Shown here: positions 12,479 to 25,572 of the stretch, in pieces
How the letters are laid out: every line of letters starts with the position of its first letter
Numbering within the stretch: position 1 is the first letter of the stretch
NCBI GenBank assembly: GCA_051294375.1
Contig: CM119265.1
Span: 5,503,696 to 5,567,695, forward strand
Length of the DNA stretch: 64,000 nt
From: Paraspadella gotoi
Lineage: Eukaryota; Animalia; Chaetognatha
Reading direction: 5' to 3'
Notes under the pieces: generated by a model
Told to the model about the DNA's origin: nothing
What the model saw: the letters and a program-made list of their open reading frames with translations, nothing else
Database searches by the model: none
Made by a program: the position numbers and the translations under genes

Positions 12479-15400
12479 TAAAAGAGAAATAAAAGAAAGA
12501 AATTGCCAAACAATTTCTGTTTTCCAATCTATACCTCGATTTCTGTAATTCCCTGTCCTATAACTGTAAAATGCCGTATAGTTTCCTTTCTTTATCGTTG
12601 GGTGTCAGTAAGAATTGTTATTATTTTTTAAAGCTGGAAATTTTATATTCTTTAATTCATTTTAAACCAGCCGAGGAAAAAGGAGCATGTCACTTTACAT
12701 TGGACGGGATCACAATTTTCTTTCTGGCAGGAGTATTAATTATTGAAAAAGTTGCGCGAAAAAGAAGCAACAAAGAGAGAGGGAAAGAGAAAGGAGATTC
12801 CGAGATTAAATGGATTGTTAAACTATAAGAGTGAAACCCATCATTTTCTTTCCTGCCAACTTGATTGATTGCCGACTTTTTGATTGTATATTTGATAAAG
12901 CGCTGAGTAAAAACCGTTAACACCTCGTCATTCGCATGAAGTTAGGCCCTAAATAAAACTGTATGTCTTATTTTAAAAATTATTTATGATTTCGTCCGAG
13001 AATAAATTCACTTATATCTTTAACAATTAAAATCTCATATTAACTCAAGCGGAAGACCGGTTTTTTCCTCCAGTCGCCCAAATGATCAAAGATCGTTGAT
13101 TCCGGACATTGCATTCAACGGCTTAGGCATCGACACGCTGCCACATAGCATCCAGTAGCAAAGGCTGCCCGAGCCACATTTTTTTTTTTTTTTTTTTTTT
13201 TTTTCTGAAAATAAAAAAGACAAATTTGACAATTAAGACAATAAGAAGATAATAACGAGCAATAGCTGACGCCGCGGCAATACGTTAAGATTTGCAAAAA
13301 CAGCGACATCCAAGAGAGCAAACTAACATTAGAAAATGAGGAAAGAGAAAGAAGACAAAACGAGAAGAGACAGCAGAAGAAAAGCAAAGAGAGAAGAGAA
13401 ACAGAGAGACGAGAAGAAGACGCACGAGTCAAGACGAGAGAGAGACACGCACCAGAACCGCAGAGAGAGAGAAGAGAGAGATCCCCTTTTTCTATCCAAT
13501 CCTCCTCTGCCACAATTCCTTCTTATTTTCCCTTTTTTTCACTTTCCTTTTATTAACTTTAAACAAGCGGCGTCGATCCATATGCAAAGCAGACTCAACG
13601 CTTACCTGCAACGATCGCACAGACCAGACAGACAGCACGGCGCGAACGCAGAACCCACCATGCGAACGAACCACGAGGCGACCATCCACGAGGCGGCGGC
13701 AGACGCGACCCGCGCTGTTGACGGTAATGTGAAGAGGAATTCTCATACTCGAAACCCTTTATCGCTTTATCCGAAAAATGAAGTAAACGGCCGCTTTTAA
13801 AAAATAGAGAAAAAAAAGAAAGTCAACAGTGATGGAGAAGAATCAAAAAATGAATCACTGCGATTTTAGCTGAGACGCTTTAGATTTATTTTTTTTTTAT
13901 AAAGAGTAAGGAAAATGGAAAAATTCAAGCTTTAAACTTATATTATGCATCGATCTTGCCTTCATTAGCTCGATAATCATTTGTTATCCACTCTCGCGCT
14001 CAATTCTATACCTCATAATTATTTATATATATTTAGATGTTTTACTTTTAAAATGTGCCAACAAAATAAATTAATTTTAATTATTTCAGATACCTATGAG
14101 ATCACCGTGACTAAACTGAATTAATGAAATCACACTATAAATCTCTGTTTAGATAGATAAACTGTTACAAAGTATCGAAGATAAATGTTTTCGCGATTTG
14201 CGGCAGATATAGTATAAAAAACAGAAACAGACACACCAATATATGCCGGCACAAAAAAACCAAGCTAAATTAACGCAGCAACTGAAATCACGTATGTTCG
14301 TAATGTGTTTTTGATTGAAAATTAGCGTGATCCTTGATGGCGACGGGTCCCGTGATTTGACCGGATGAAACATTACCAACAGCTAAAGCAGAAAGTCACC
14401 AGCTATGTTTTCTTGGCCAGTTAATATCGAATCTGTTAAAGTTTAGTTTATTACCAATATTTGTCCAAAGGTTCGACAAAAATACAAGAAAAATACACTT
14501 TTTTTTCTAAAACTAACGGTCGAAAAGAAATCAAGTTCAAGTGCGAAAAAACATTTTAAAAGGAAACGACGGCGAGGCCGTCTCCTTCTTTTTTAAAATC
14601 TCTCCATCATTTTTTAAATCTCTACATTTTAAAATACTCTCATCTTTTTTAAATCTCTCATCTCTTATAAATCTCTACATCCTTTTTAAAATCTGCTCAT
14701 CTTTCTTAAAATCTCCTACAATCTCAACTCATATAGAAAGAGCATTTATTTTATTTATAAGCATTCCCCTTCGCTCTCTCGCGCGCCCTATGCTCTCGAG
14801 GATAACGAAATTAAGACGATCGAAGCCTCTCGCAAATTAATTCAAAGGTTGGACGGTCGGACGTCTTAATGTTCTTCAGACTCGAGCCGCGGCTCCTTGA
14901 ATCCCGATGACGAGAAAAGGGTTGTAGGGGCGAGAAGATACCGAGACATGTGACCCCATAGCCGGTCCCACGTCGTCCCTTCAAGGGCTGAAGTCCGTCT
15001 TATGTCTGAGATCGAACGAAAACGTTGGGAATAACGAGTCAGTAACGAGTATAGACGATCCAGAATTAACGTTTACAAACGAAGAGAGAAAAGAAAATGC
15101 TAATGAGGGAGCGATTTAATAAAATTTAATGGCGTATAAAGTTTCACCGAGTAATAAATACTTTACGATAGATCGAACGGACGACGAAGGATCGAGCCAT
15201 ACATAAAAGGGAGTAATTAAAAGTTATTCTTCCAGCGAGGGGGGGGGGCGTGGGGCGTCGCCGCGTGGGAGATTCGCGAGGAGGAAGTTGATAACGAGCG
15301 TCAAATCGATGGAAATGAAACGGAAATGATTTGAGAGAAGGGAGAGGAAAGAGGAGGAGATGCCATAGGGATGGTGGAGGATGGAAAGAATAAAAGGGCG

Positions 15401-15640
15401 ACTGGTGATTGGTGAAGATCAGTTAAAAAGAAGGAAAGGTGAAAAAAAAAGAGACGGGAGAAACACAATACGTCCTAAATGGAAAAACAGCATTTCAAGT
15501 AGGACCGCAACGAAAAAAGTCATTTCCCCCTCCACGATTCCCACTTCCCTGTCCGAATGCTACAACATCACTTTTTCGCCACAGCCCAGACTCAACTGAT
15601 GAGAGAGAGAGAGAGAGAGAGGACGAGGAGAGAGAGAGAG

Positions 15641-15680
<40 letters not shown>

Positions 15681-16669
15681 GACCCGCTCCGCCTTGCCCA
15701 CGTATAATCTTTTCACTTACAGCAAAATAGAAAACAATAGTAAGCAAAGCCTCTCGAGAGATCAGAGGGAGAGAAAAAGCTACAGATCTTGGCTTCAGAT
15801 CGCCCCCCCTTTTTTTTGTTTGGCGAATCCATCTCCTCTGAAATATATAAATATGGAATTTTTAATATTCCTTCGATTCTGCTTTGGATATTCGTTTTTT
15901 CAGGAGACTTATTAGTTTCCACGGAAATCTCGGCGGACGCCCGAGATTGTTTATGTTTCGGTCGTGACACGTTGACCTGGAAAGTCTAGGAACTCAGACG
16001 CGGGTCGCTTGAAGTTGGTGAAGTTCTGAGCCGACTGGATCAATATTAATTCATATTGACAAATACTTAATATATACTAGAAATAGAAAGCGCCCCTTAA
16101 GATTTATACCCTAATAATTGCGCTTGTCCCATGGGAGTGGCCATTGGCACCCACCTCCTAAGCGTCCTTGGCCCGTTCCTCGCCCGGCTGCCGCTTGCGC
16201 CCGCGAAAATTAAAGACCGACGGTCTGGCTCGAGTTGATGAGCAGAATCGGCGAGAAGGTAGATAGGCTGAGAGAAGAAAGATGCGAGAAAAAAGAGGTA
16301 GAGAGATGTTGAGAAGGAAAGTGAATTAGAGAGGCATATGATGGCAGAGAGATGTGGTGGACAGAAGTATAGTGGCAGAAAGAGGTAGGGAAGCAGAGAG
16401 GAATAAGAGAGTTAGAGAGAAGTTGAGAATAAGAATTAAGTACAGAGGCAGGGAGAAGTTGATGAGGCGCAGAGAGACAGAGACAAGTAAAAAGAAAGGA
16501 GAGGAAAAGGGAGGCAAAGAGGCCGGAGCGAAGTAGAGAAGTCAGAAGTAGAAGGTGGCGGCGATTGCATCACGGAAGGCGACGGTAACGACGTCATCGC
16601 AGGTAATTTAGCACTATTTTTTGCTCCGCGGGCACCTCGCCGGCTTTGCGAGCGAAGACGCGGACCGGG

Positions 16670-16706
<37 letters not shown>

Positions 16707-17311
16707 CTCTCTCTCTTGTTCTTACGTCTTTGCTTTGTCTTTCTCTTCTTTGTCTTTCTCCGAACTCACTCTTATACTTTCTACTTTCAATCTCTTTCCC
16801 TCTCCTCAGGCTGCTATCTCTCTGGCTAATCTTCTTCGTCGAGGTGATAAAGCGCTCTGGCAAATCCATTACTCACCGCGTATCCTTAATTCTTTCACCT
16901 CCAAAAACTCTGACGATCCGTCACTCACCCAGATTCTCCCTCGCGGTTCAGGCTCTCTCTCTCTATCGCTCTCTCTCTCTCCTCTTCTCCCGGTCTCTGC
17001 GGAACTTTAGACCCCTGTTGCGGTTGATATCCTGAAATTCTGGCTGTTCGTCGTTTTCACTCACTTTTAACCAAAACCAGACTAATGACAGATCTTGAAA
17101 ATATTTATTGTCAACTGAAATGATTTGCTTATGATTTTTAAAACATTTTAAAATGAACAACCATCTTGGCTTCTTATTTATTTTCTCTTGCGACACGCCA
17201 AATTCCAACCAGTGATTAAGTTCAATTCCGATGGTTCTCCTCTTCCTGGGCAAGCGAGATAGATTCTACTTAAATCCGAATGACACATGTATCAAATAAG
17301 AATTAACAACC

Positions 17312-18045
17312 TGTGGCGGTATATTCACACCGCCTCACCGTCCACCATCCGTCAGCCAAATCCATTGGCTCAGAGGGGAACACCCATCCCAGGAGTAGTG
17401 TTACATCCACAGTCCTAACGACTTCCCTCTGTGTTGGCAAAAGCGAGACCGTCCTAGTACCGCGCCAGTGACTGGAGGCGTCACTGAGGGTGGCGAAGCC
17501 CCCAAAGCCAACAGTGAGAAAAGCCCCATCCAATGGGCACACAGGCAACCTGGCTGTACCATAAGTGGTGAGCCCTACTATCAAACACGCAACCTTCTCA
17601 GGGTACGCTACGACAAATGCCTATGCCTTGCCGACTTCGGTACGCTACGACAAACGCCTATGCCCTGGGATACGCTATGACAAACGCCTATGCCCCACAA
17701 CTCGCCTCTCTCTTCTCTCCCACTATGGTTACAGTCTTGTCAGACACCTCTCAGGCTTGAGGAACCTGAGTGATGTCTTGGCCCGGGATCCTGTGGCGGT
17801 ATATTCACACCGCCTCACGTCCACCATCCGTCACCAAATCCATTGGCTCAGAGGGGGAACACACCATCCAGGCGTGTGTTCCATCCACAGTCCTAACGAC
17901 TTCCCTCCTGCGTTGGCAAAGCGAGACCGTCCTAGGGTAACCGCGCCAGTGACTGGAGGCGTCCTGAGGGTCGGAAGCCCCAAAGCCACAGTGAGATGCC
18001 CCATCCCAATGGGCATCACAGGCAACCCGGGCTGTTTTTGCCATA
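17312..18045 (+). mobile_element. TRIM-like non-autonomous LTR retroelement (734 bp)
   Basis: Direct terminal repeats at 17312-17563 and 17792-18045 (TGTGGCGG...CCATA). PBS-like TGGTGAGCCC 2 nt after the 5' repeat. 4-bp TSD AACC (17308-17311 and 18046-18049). Empty site attaacAACCcttattt at 11931-11947. No recognisable retroelement protein coding sequence. Confidence 0.85.
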
Positions 18046-18480
18046 AACCCTTATTTACAATGGTTTTCTTACCCGATAGATCGTGTAATAATTGGTTGTA
18101 TTGTTACATACTATTATCTGTATAATCTTCAGCCGCGCCATCTCTATTCTTCTGGTTCCGCGCCCGCGTTTCGCGCCCCCTCGCTCAAGTCAAAGTTCAA
18201 AGATCAATCGAGAGCGGATTTTGAACCGACGTCCGTCGGAGTTTTGCCGGATCGTGCCGACGCGTGCGACACCCTGCGTGGGCAAAGAAGTTTTGCCGAC
18301 TCCCTCGGCCGAGACGGCCGGGGCGCCGCCGCGGCCCGTTTCGTTTCCGAGTCGCCGACTAAGACTCGTGGATGGCGCAGAAATAGCGCCATCATTTCCG
18401 ACCGCGTTATCTGCGTCAGGGCCTCAACGACTTAGACGAGTCCTATATAAATCCTCTCTCTCTCTCTCTCTCTCTCTCTG

Positions 18481-18535
<55 letters not shown>

Positions 18536-19964
18536 TCAGTCGCGCCATTTACGTCGCTCGGGCCGAAGAACCCTTCTCTCTCCGAAAGGAAAAGCGGAAA
18601 CGGGAGCCGAAGATTATTCATGANNNNNNNNNNNNNNNNNNNNNNNNNAGTCGAAGACGAAACAAAAGGGAAAACATAAAAACAAGGCAAAAAACAAAAC
18701 GAAACAAAATGAATTAAAGAGACAAAAAAAAAAAAACAACAAAAAAACAAGACGAACCAAAAAAAGAAGATTCGAGGTTCAAATTCGTTTCACCTTTGGA
18801 ATAACGTTGACTATAAATGTTATCAGCAGACAGGAAGTCTGCAGGAAATGGAAAGACAACCCCAGCCGAGCTGCAGTAAGATGCTCAGCTTCTTTTGAGC
18901 TTCGGAACCAAAAATCGAGTAACGTTTTTTTCTTTTTTTTTTTACTCCCGATTCAANNNNNNNNNNTTCCACAACACGGAGTTTCGCATGATCACCGCAG
19001 CACAAATCATTATGCATTGGATCTCCTCCCATCGAAATTCCATCCGGTTCCAAATGAGACTTCCGCTCGCCGAAGATGCGAATTCTCTCCACGATCTTTT
19101 TTTTTCCGCTTTCGCTGGTGGTTGTCGTCCTTTGCAAATTGTTTTCGCCTGGAAGTATTAGTTCGTTGTTGTTGTTGTTGTTAATTGGTTAAATTCTGTG
19201 CATTATGGTAAAAGAACAGGTTTACCTTTATTTGAAAACTCAATGCTGTATCTCAAAAGATTTTCAGCTAACGATCTTCAAAGTCACTGAATCAATGTAA
19301 AAGTTCAATACTGCATGGAATACTTTTCGTCTTTTTTTAATGACTTTCAACAAAGCTATTAACGACAACGATGCAAAGCACTACAACGACGTCTCAGCTT
19401 CGGCGTCGCTGGAACGCCGCGGCGTGTCTGGCGCCGTCGGAGTGTCGTTTGGACAGCGGCGCATTCTCGTCGGCGACGCACCTGAGACTGAGGAAGAAAG
19501 AGAAAGGAGAAGAGAGAAAGATAACAAAGACGACCATTTTAGTTGCGATTGCTTATATTGGCAGCAGTGCGACTCTATTCAAGGTGCTCGGTCTCCATTA
19601 GTGACATATTTGTACTTAAATTACGTTCAAATATACACTTAATTTACCGCATTTAAAAAAAAAAAGGTGCATTCGTTTTCAGCGTAGAATTTCGTCCGAC
19701 TTTCCTAATTGATTACATTCCTTCCCCATCACCTTCCGAAATTCCCCTTCCCAGTTCCCACGCTTCACCGGCTTCGCGTGTCGCTGACCCCTTTACGCGA
19801 CCGTGAAAGGGTGGACGAACCGAAAAGAGTTGGTGACCTTTCGGAACCCCCTCAACTTCCCGCTACCCTCACTTCTCCCCCACGCCGTTCCTGACCCTAG
19901 CGGTCACCTTCGTGGAAAATTGTGCGAACGTCGTTTTTTTTTAAGATAGAAGGAAGAAGATGCT

Positions 19965-22765
19965 AGGGACTGGCTTATGATTGAGAGAGGTTCTGGTCAC
20001 TAACACAGCATAAGTATACTACTGAGTCTCTTCATAACGATATTTAAACGTTTGTAAATCGTCGAAATAAGAATTAAAGAGTGTATGCGACCTTGCAGCT
20101 TTCTCAGGATTGAAAGGCTATTAATACGAATATATTATATGCGATTAAAGTAGATAGTTAGAATTCAAGAAAAAGTTATAAAAAATGTATGTTTAAGATA
20201 TTAAGTTAATTTATGAACTGTAGCTGTAATTCGATTCTTGGCTCGGTTATATCAGAGAATTAGGAGAGACAATAGATTATTGATTTTTGTTAAAGAAGAG
20301 CTTGAGAGGGTTTAGCGGAAGTTAAGGTCTAAGGATTAATATAAGGCAAAGTAATAGAGTAGAGAGTATGATTCGTGAGGAGTTTAGAGTCATATGGGTG
20401 TTTAAGAGGGAGTAGATAATAGAGATGCGATTCGAGAGAGAGAAGTTGTGTTTGAAGATGAGGCATACACATAAAAAAGGAGAGATGAGAGAGACAGAGG
20501 AGGAGAGAAAAGAGTATAAATGTATGAAAAGGGCCGCGACATTGAAGATCCAGGTAAAAGATGTGCAAAGAAGGGCCGCCAGTATGGCTTTATTAGCCAA
20601 TTTTTTGGTCGAAATCGTCTATTGAGATTAAGTGCTGATTCCAGTTCCACTCATGTTCACGTCCCTGTTTTCTCCGTTCAGGGCGCAATAAAGAGTTCTC
20701 TTCTATTTATCCGGTTTTGGCCTTAGTTTCGCGTTAGTTATTTTTATTCCCGACGGTGAGCACAATAAAAAATAAAAAAATAACTCGCCTTCGGCCTGCA
20801 CAGAAAACAGTGGGAGTCAAGTCACTGATAATGCTAGTTGGATCAAAATATTAAGTAAAAGATATATATATATCATTAATTTTTTCTTATTATAGTGCTA
20901 CTAATGATTATCCACGTTTGAATTAAATCACCATTACGCATTTATCACCAACAACGGGAATTATACTTTATGTTGCTGTTATTTGGACAATCGAAGTTAG
21001 AAGCGTAAGATTGACTTCACAATGAAGTGACGGTGCGATATATCAGTATCTGAGAAAAATACGTAAAGCAACTGTCTCCGTTTCATCGTTTTTCTTCTTT
21101 TTGACTTCGCTTCTCTTATTTCTATCTTCTCTCTTCTGAATCCATTTCCAGATCAATTCACTTGTGATGACGAGAAAACAAACTTAGGTTATATTATTAG
21201 AAAGGTTTAGTGATGATGTGGGAGATGGAGGGAAAAAGAAAATGAGAAGAAAAGAAATGGGAAGAGGGGGCGTGAGACTTGGGACGAGTCGGAGGAAAGG
21301 TTTTTTTTTTTTTTTCCTTTTTTTTTTTCTGCCCCGATGACGATTGAAGAATCGTAGGAGTGAGACGAGGAGGTTGGAGGAAAAGAAGAGGAAGGGTTTT
21401 GGGAAGGAGAAATTTATAGGAAAAATTTAACAGCGGGTAATAGGAAGGAAGGCAGGGTGGGAGAATGTTGCTATGGGTTTTTTTTTTTTTTTTTTTTGAG
21501 TAAGAACGAAAAGGAAAAAAAAAACCCTTCGGGTGAAATTGGATTTGGAAGCGTCGCCAATTATTCTTCGCCGATTTTCCCGTCAGCGAAATCCAGGGTC
21601 CCGGGGAAGAGGTAAATTCCTTATTTGATAACGTCGGCTCTTCTTCTCGGTCCTTTCTCCGTCTTCTCTCTCTCTCTCTCTTTCTTCTCTCTCCTCTTCT
21701 CTCTCCTCCATCTCTCTCTTCTCTCTTCTTCTCTCTCTCTTCTCTCCCCTTTGCTTCGATCTTTGTTTCTTTATATCTTTTTGTCCACCACTTTTTCACT
21801 CTTTCTCCCTCTTTATTCATCTCTTAATCTTTCCCAATGCGACGTGGACTCTTTGGGAGTGTTCTTTTTTTTTTTCTTGTATACCATCTTTGGAAATTCT
21901 GTGTCGCGCGATAGGAATATCGGATGAGATTTCAAATTTCCTCTTTGTACTACTTACGTTTATCAAAAACGAAATTATCAGTCGGTTTCGATACTTACGA
22001 CGAGCTGCACGGCGCAGACAGAAAGTTTTAAATATCTCATGATTTTAGTATGTCGACGCAGTTAGATAACATAACGAAGAATTCCGTTACGACATAAAAT
22101 CTTATGATTCGCTTGATCGAGACAGCTTTTTGGGCTTATCCATAAATAGAAAGATCTGTCTCCATTCTGTGGTGCCGTGTCCTCTCTTTTTGCATTTCGG
22201 ACGTCGCGCCTTCCTTGAAAGTCCCTTGTCCTATATTTCGGTTTCCCCTAATCCTTTTTTCCTAACCGTCACAGTGCCCGATGGCTCCATCTACTTTCGG
22301 GTTGACTTCTTTTCCGTCAGTCACCGCGGGGAGCCATCCTCGAGTTCCCTCATTCTAGGCAGTACCTTCTTTTGCGATTTCCAATTCTCGATATTTAAAA
22401 AAAAACCGAGGAAAAAAATTGGCGAATTTTCTTTCAACGGAGCCAGATTCAATGTGCCCATGTATCGGTATTCGACGTTTAGCTCGCTCTTTGATCATCT
22501 CACTTTGACAAATGAGGAACCTATCCAGGTCGTGCCTCACCTATTCCTCTATGGGCTGTACCTCACTGGTTTTACCTTCCACATTCTTACTACAACGCTT
22601 TATACGTTGCCTATGGTGTTTAACTTTGGTGTTGAGGGGGATGAAACAGAGTTTGAAGTGTAATTCTCCGATGCGTGTGTTTTGTCTTGGCTTAAACTGG
22701 TTCTTGTGAAAAAGGAAGATATAAGTATCATTCTCTTGGAATAGGAAGAGTGAGTATCGGAAAAG
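19965..22765 (+). repeat. Left arm of a kb-scale inverted duplication (insertion-rich copy)
   Basis: Reverse complement matches 27078-28891, e.g. cttgtataccatctttggaaattctgtgtcgcgcgatagg vs cctatcgcgcgacacgaatttccaagatggtatacaag. Confidence 0.85.
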
Positions 22766-24378
22766 GTTTTTTATTATCGGTTTATTCCTTTGGGTATTCG
22801 AATTCTCTAGTCTTCCTCTCGGAAGTCTGTCTCTTTGTTCATCTAATCCCATCTCCTCACGTCTAGTCTCTTCCTCTTCGCGTCGGTCTGAGTACGTTTG
22901 TCTTCTTGGGTCGCGGGGGTTGGGTATTCGTGGGAGTTGGGGGCGTGTGTCTTGTTTTTTTGGTTTTGTGGGTTTTTTTTTTTTTGTTTTTTTCTCTTTT
23001 CTTTCGTGTTTGTTTTTTATGTTGGGCTTGTGTTTTTTTTTTGTGTTGTTCGGGTTTTCTTATGTTCAATCTCTCTCTTGACTGCGTGCAGCTTATCGAG
23101 TTCCCTTTTTTTATCTTCTCTAGTTTGTTGTTCTGTTTGTGGTTTGCTTATCCGTCGTGCTCGTCGTGCGCGTGTTTCTCCCGACCTGTCGCTCTTATTT
23201 CTTTGTTGGGGGTGATTTCTAGGTGTGTTGGCTGTCAGTTATGGATATGCGCTCCGTGGGCGGTGTTTCTTTGGTGTTATTCAATATGTTCCATCGTGTG
23301 CATGGGGTTACCGTAGTACAAAGATGTTCCCTGGATTTGATAAGTGTTAAAGCCCTAGCTTGGTGTGGGGGGTTGTTTTTTATTTGATTTGGGTTTGATC
23401 GTCGACGATAAAGCGATTGAAACGAAACGATAAGGACGAAGACGATATAACAGACGAGACAAGCGTAAACGACTGTGGCGCGAAGACAACGTAGATTTAT
23501 CTGATATGCGACCGCGGATAGTTTTTATTCGGATCGTTAAAGTCAGACCATTTAATTGGGCGAACAAAGATTCCGTGGGACGGGAGACGTTATATAATAG
23601 CGTGGGCGAATGTCGAAAGAATAAAGGGCGGGGGAGGGGGGGGTGATGAAGTGATGGTGTAGCAGCGGGGAGTGGGTATTCTCTTGGTGGACGAAAAAGA
23701 GGTTAATACTTAATCTTATAAAACGAGGGCAAGTATAGAAAGTCTCAAGTAAAACACACTTTGGAAAAAATTAGTATTGTTATTTGAAATGAGACTTGAG
23801 TAATGATTTATTGATCCAAGTGGAGGTCAGGAATGAGTACAAACGGAAACATGAAAATTGTCAAAAATATAAATGATCTCAATATTTATCTTTTAAAAAT
23901 GTCTCCTACCGAATGCTGGCAAGTGAACCAAATTATCATATTTAATTTCAGCAACCCCCCCGAATTAGATAAAATTAAATAAAGTTAGATAACAACAATT
24001 TTGAAGAGAATAAGATAGTACAATAAGTATATATCTATCTCGAGGTCTGTCGAAAACTTTTTCGAGGTTTTTAAAGAGAAGTATTTTACGACTTGCCGCG
24101 ATTTTTCAGGGTCGACGAACCTGATAGCGTTAAAAGGCGATGTCCAGAGTGCCAGAAGGTTGTGAGCGAGAACGGGACAACAAACTAGATTTCTATCTTT
24201 ATCTGCGCCGCCCAACGTCACTGAGTTCCTCTCGATGAACTCTCGTCCTTCGACAGAAAAAATGAAAAAAAAAAAACAACAAGCTAACAAAAAAAAAAAA
24301 AAAAAACAGAAAAAAAAACCTNNNNNNNNNNNNNNNNNNNNNNNNNGTGTTACGTTTTCCTTTCGATTTCTCTATCTA

Positions 24379-24427
<49 letters not shown>

Positions 24428-25518
24428 CTTCTCCTTCTCGCCTCTCTCTGCCTCTCTTCCCCCTCTTATCTCCTGTTCTCCTCTCTCTCTGTGTGTCGCT
24501 CTCTAATCTCCGTTCACTCTCTCCCAGCGGAACCTTCGTCATATACCTGTGGGACACAAATCGCTCTCTGACGCGCACGGAAGCCCACGGCCCGTCGCAC
24601 GCATTAAAGTACGATTTTGCACAACATCGTACTGATAATCTGACACGATACAACGACGACGACGCACAATAGTAAATCTGATGGCGGTCTGACGCAACTT
24701 GATTCATAACGACCTAAGTACCCGCATCCGTAATTTTTTTTTTCTTCTGTTTCAATTATCCTCTTCTTTTGTACGATGTTTGTCCCGTCGCAGTCAGATC
24801 TGGGATGGTTATCGCTTCCCGTTTTTTTTTATTTTTGTCGATGCCTCTTCCTCCATTTGCGGCAAAAATAAACGACTCCTCGAGGAGATAGTATAGTAGA
24901 GATGGGTTCCCGTATGATTGGCTGTATTTTCAAGTTAATCATCTCGCTCTCTATTATTATCGATGACTTTGACAATATACTCCATGTACTCAAGAAATTT
25001 GTTAGTTGAAGTTTTATTTATTATCACTATGAATTATCTATAATTTATATTTTATTGATATTCGTTATATAACTTATAATTTATGTATACTAAAAATCTG
25101 AAAAATATCACCCTACACAACGTGCCCACCTCGGGTGAGCGGCCGGAATACGCTCTTCTTCTTCACTTCTTTCGGTTCTTGTTTTTTCTGACTCGTGCAG
25201 TCGTGATCTACCTATCGAGCAGTACCAGCTTTAATACTTTCCAGGGCTGTATATACAGTGGCCAGCATGTGTCATTCCCACAAAAAAAAGCCAGTTCACA
25301 GCCTGCTGGTCTGACTCGTGAATCCGTTCTCTTCCTGCTCGCTGTATGAGCTTCGCAGACTTCTCTCTCACTGTGTCTAACTTCCTCTTCTTCTTTCTCG
25401 CTCTCTCGAACAAAAATTAATCTCGTCTTTTTCGCTCGTTTCGTTCTTCTCTTTCTTCCGCGTTTCGTCCTGGAACTGAGAGCCTATATCACGTTCTCTC
25501 GTGCTGCCAACTTGGCTC

Positions 25519-25572
<54 letters not shown>

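Larger units (their letters stand above)
12307..18410 (+). repeat. Copy 2 (indel-rich) of the tandem duplication; probable unpolished long read or alternate haplotype
   Basis: Same sequence order as 7315-12306 with dense single-base insertions, a scrambled exon-5 copy near 12370-12478, sequence spanning the copy-1 gap, and an extra 734-bp insertion. Confidence 0.9.

Noticed and set aside
17604-17694. 24-bp repeats with spacers as a CRISPR array
   Set aside because: Spacers are only 13 and 6 bp, there are no cas genes, the context is eukaryotic, and the repeats lie inside an LTR-bounded element.
22130-22663. 177-aa plus-strand ORF
   Set aside because: It lies in the most error-rich part of an inverted duplicate, differs from the other arm by many indels, and has no recognisable motif.
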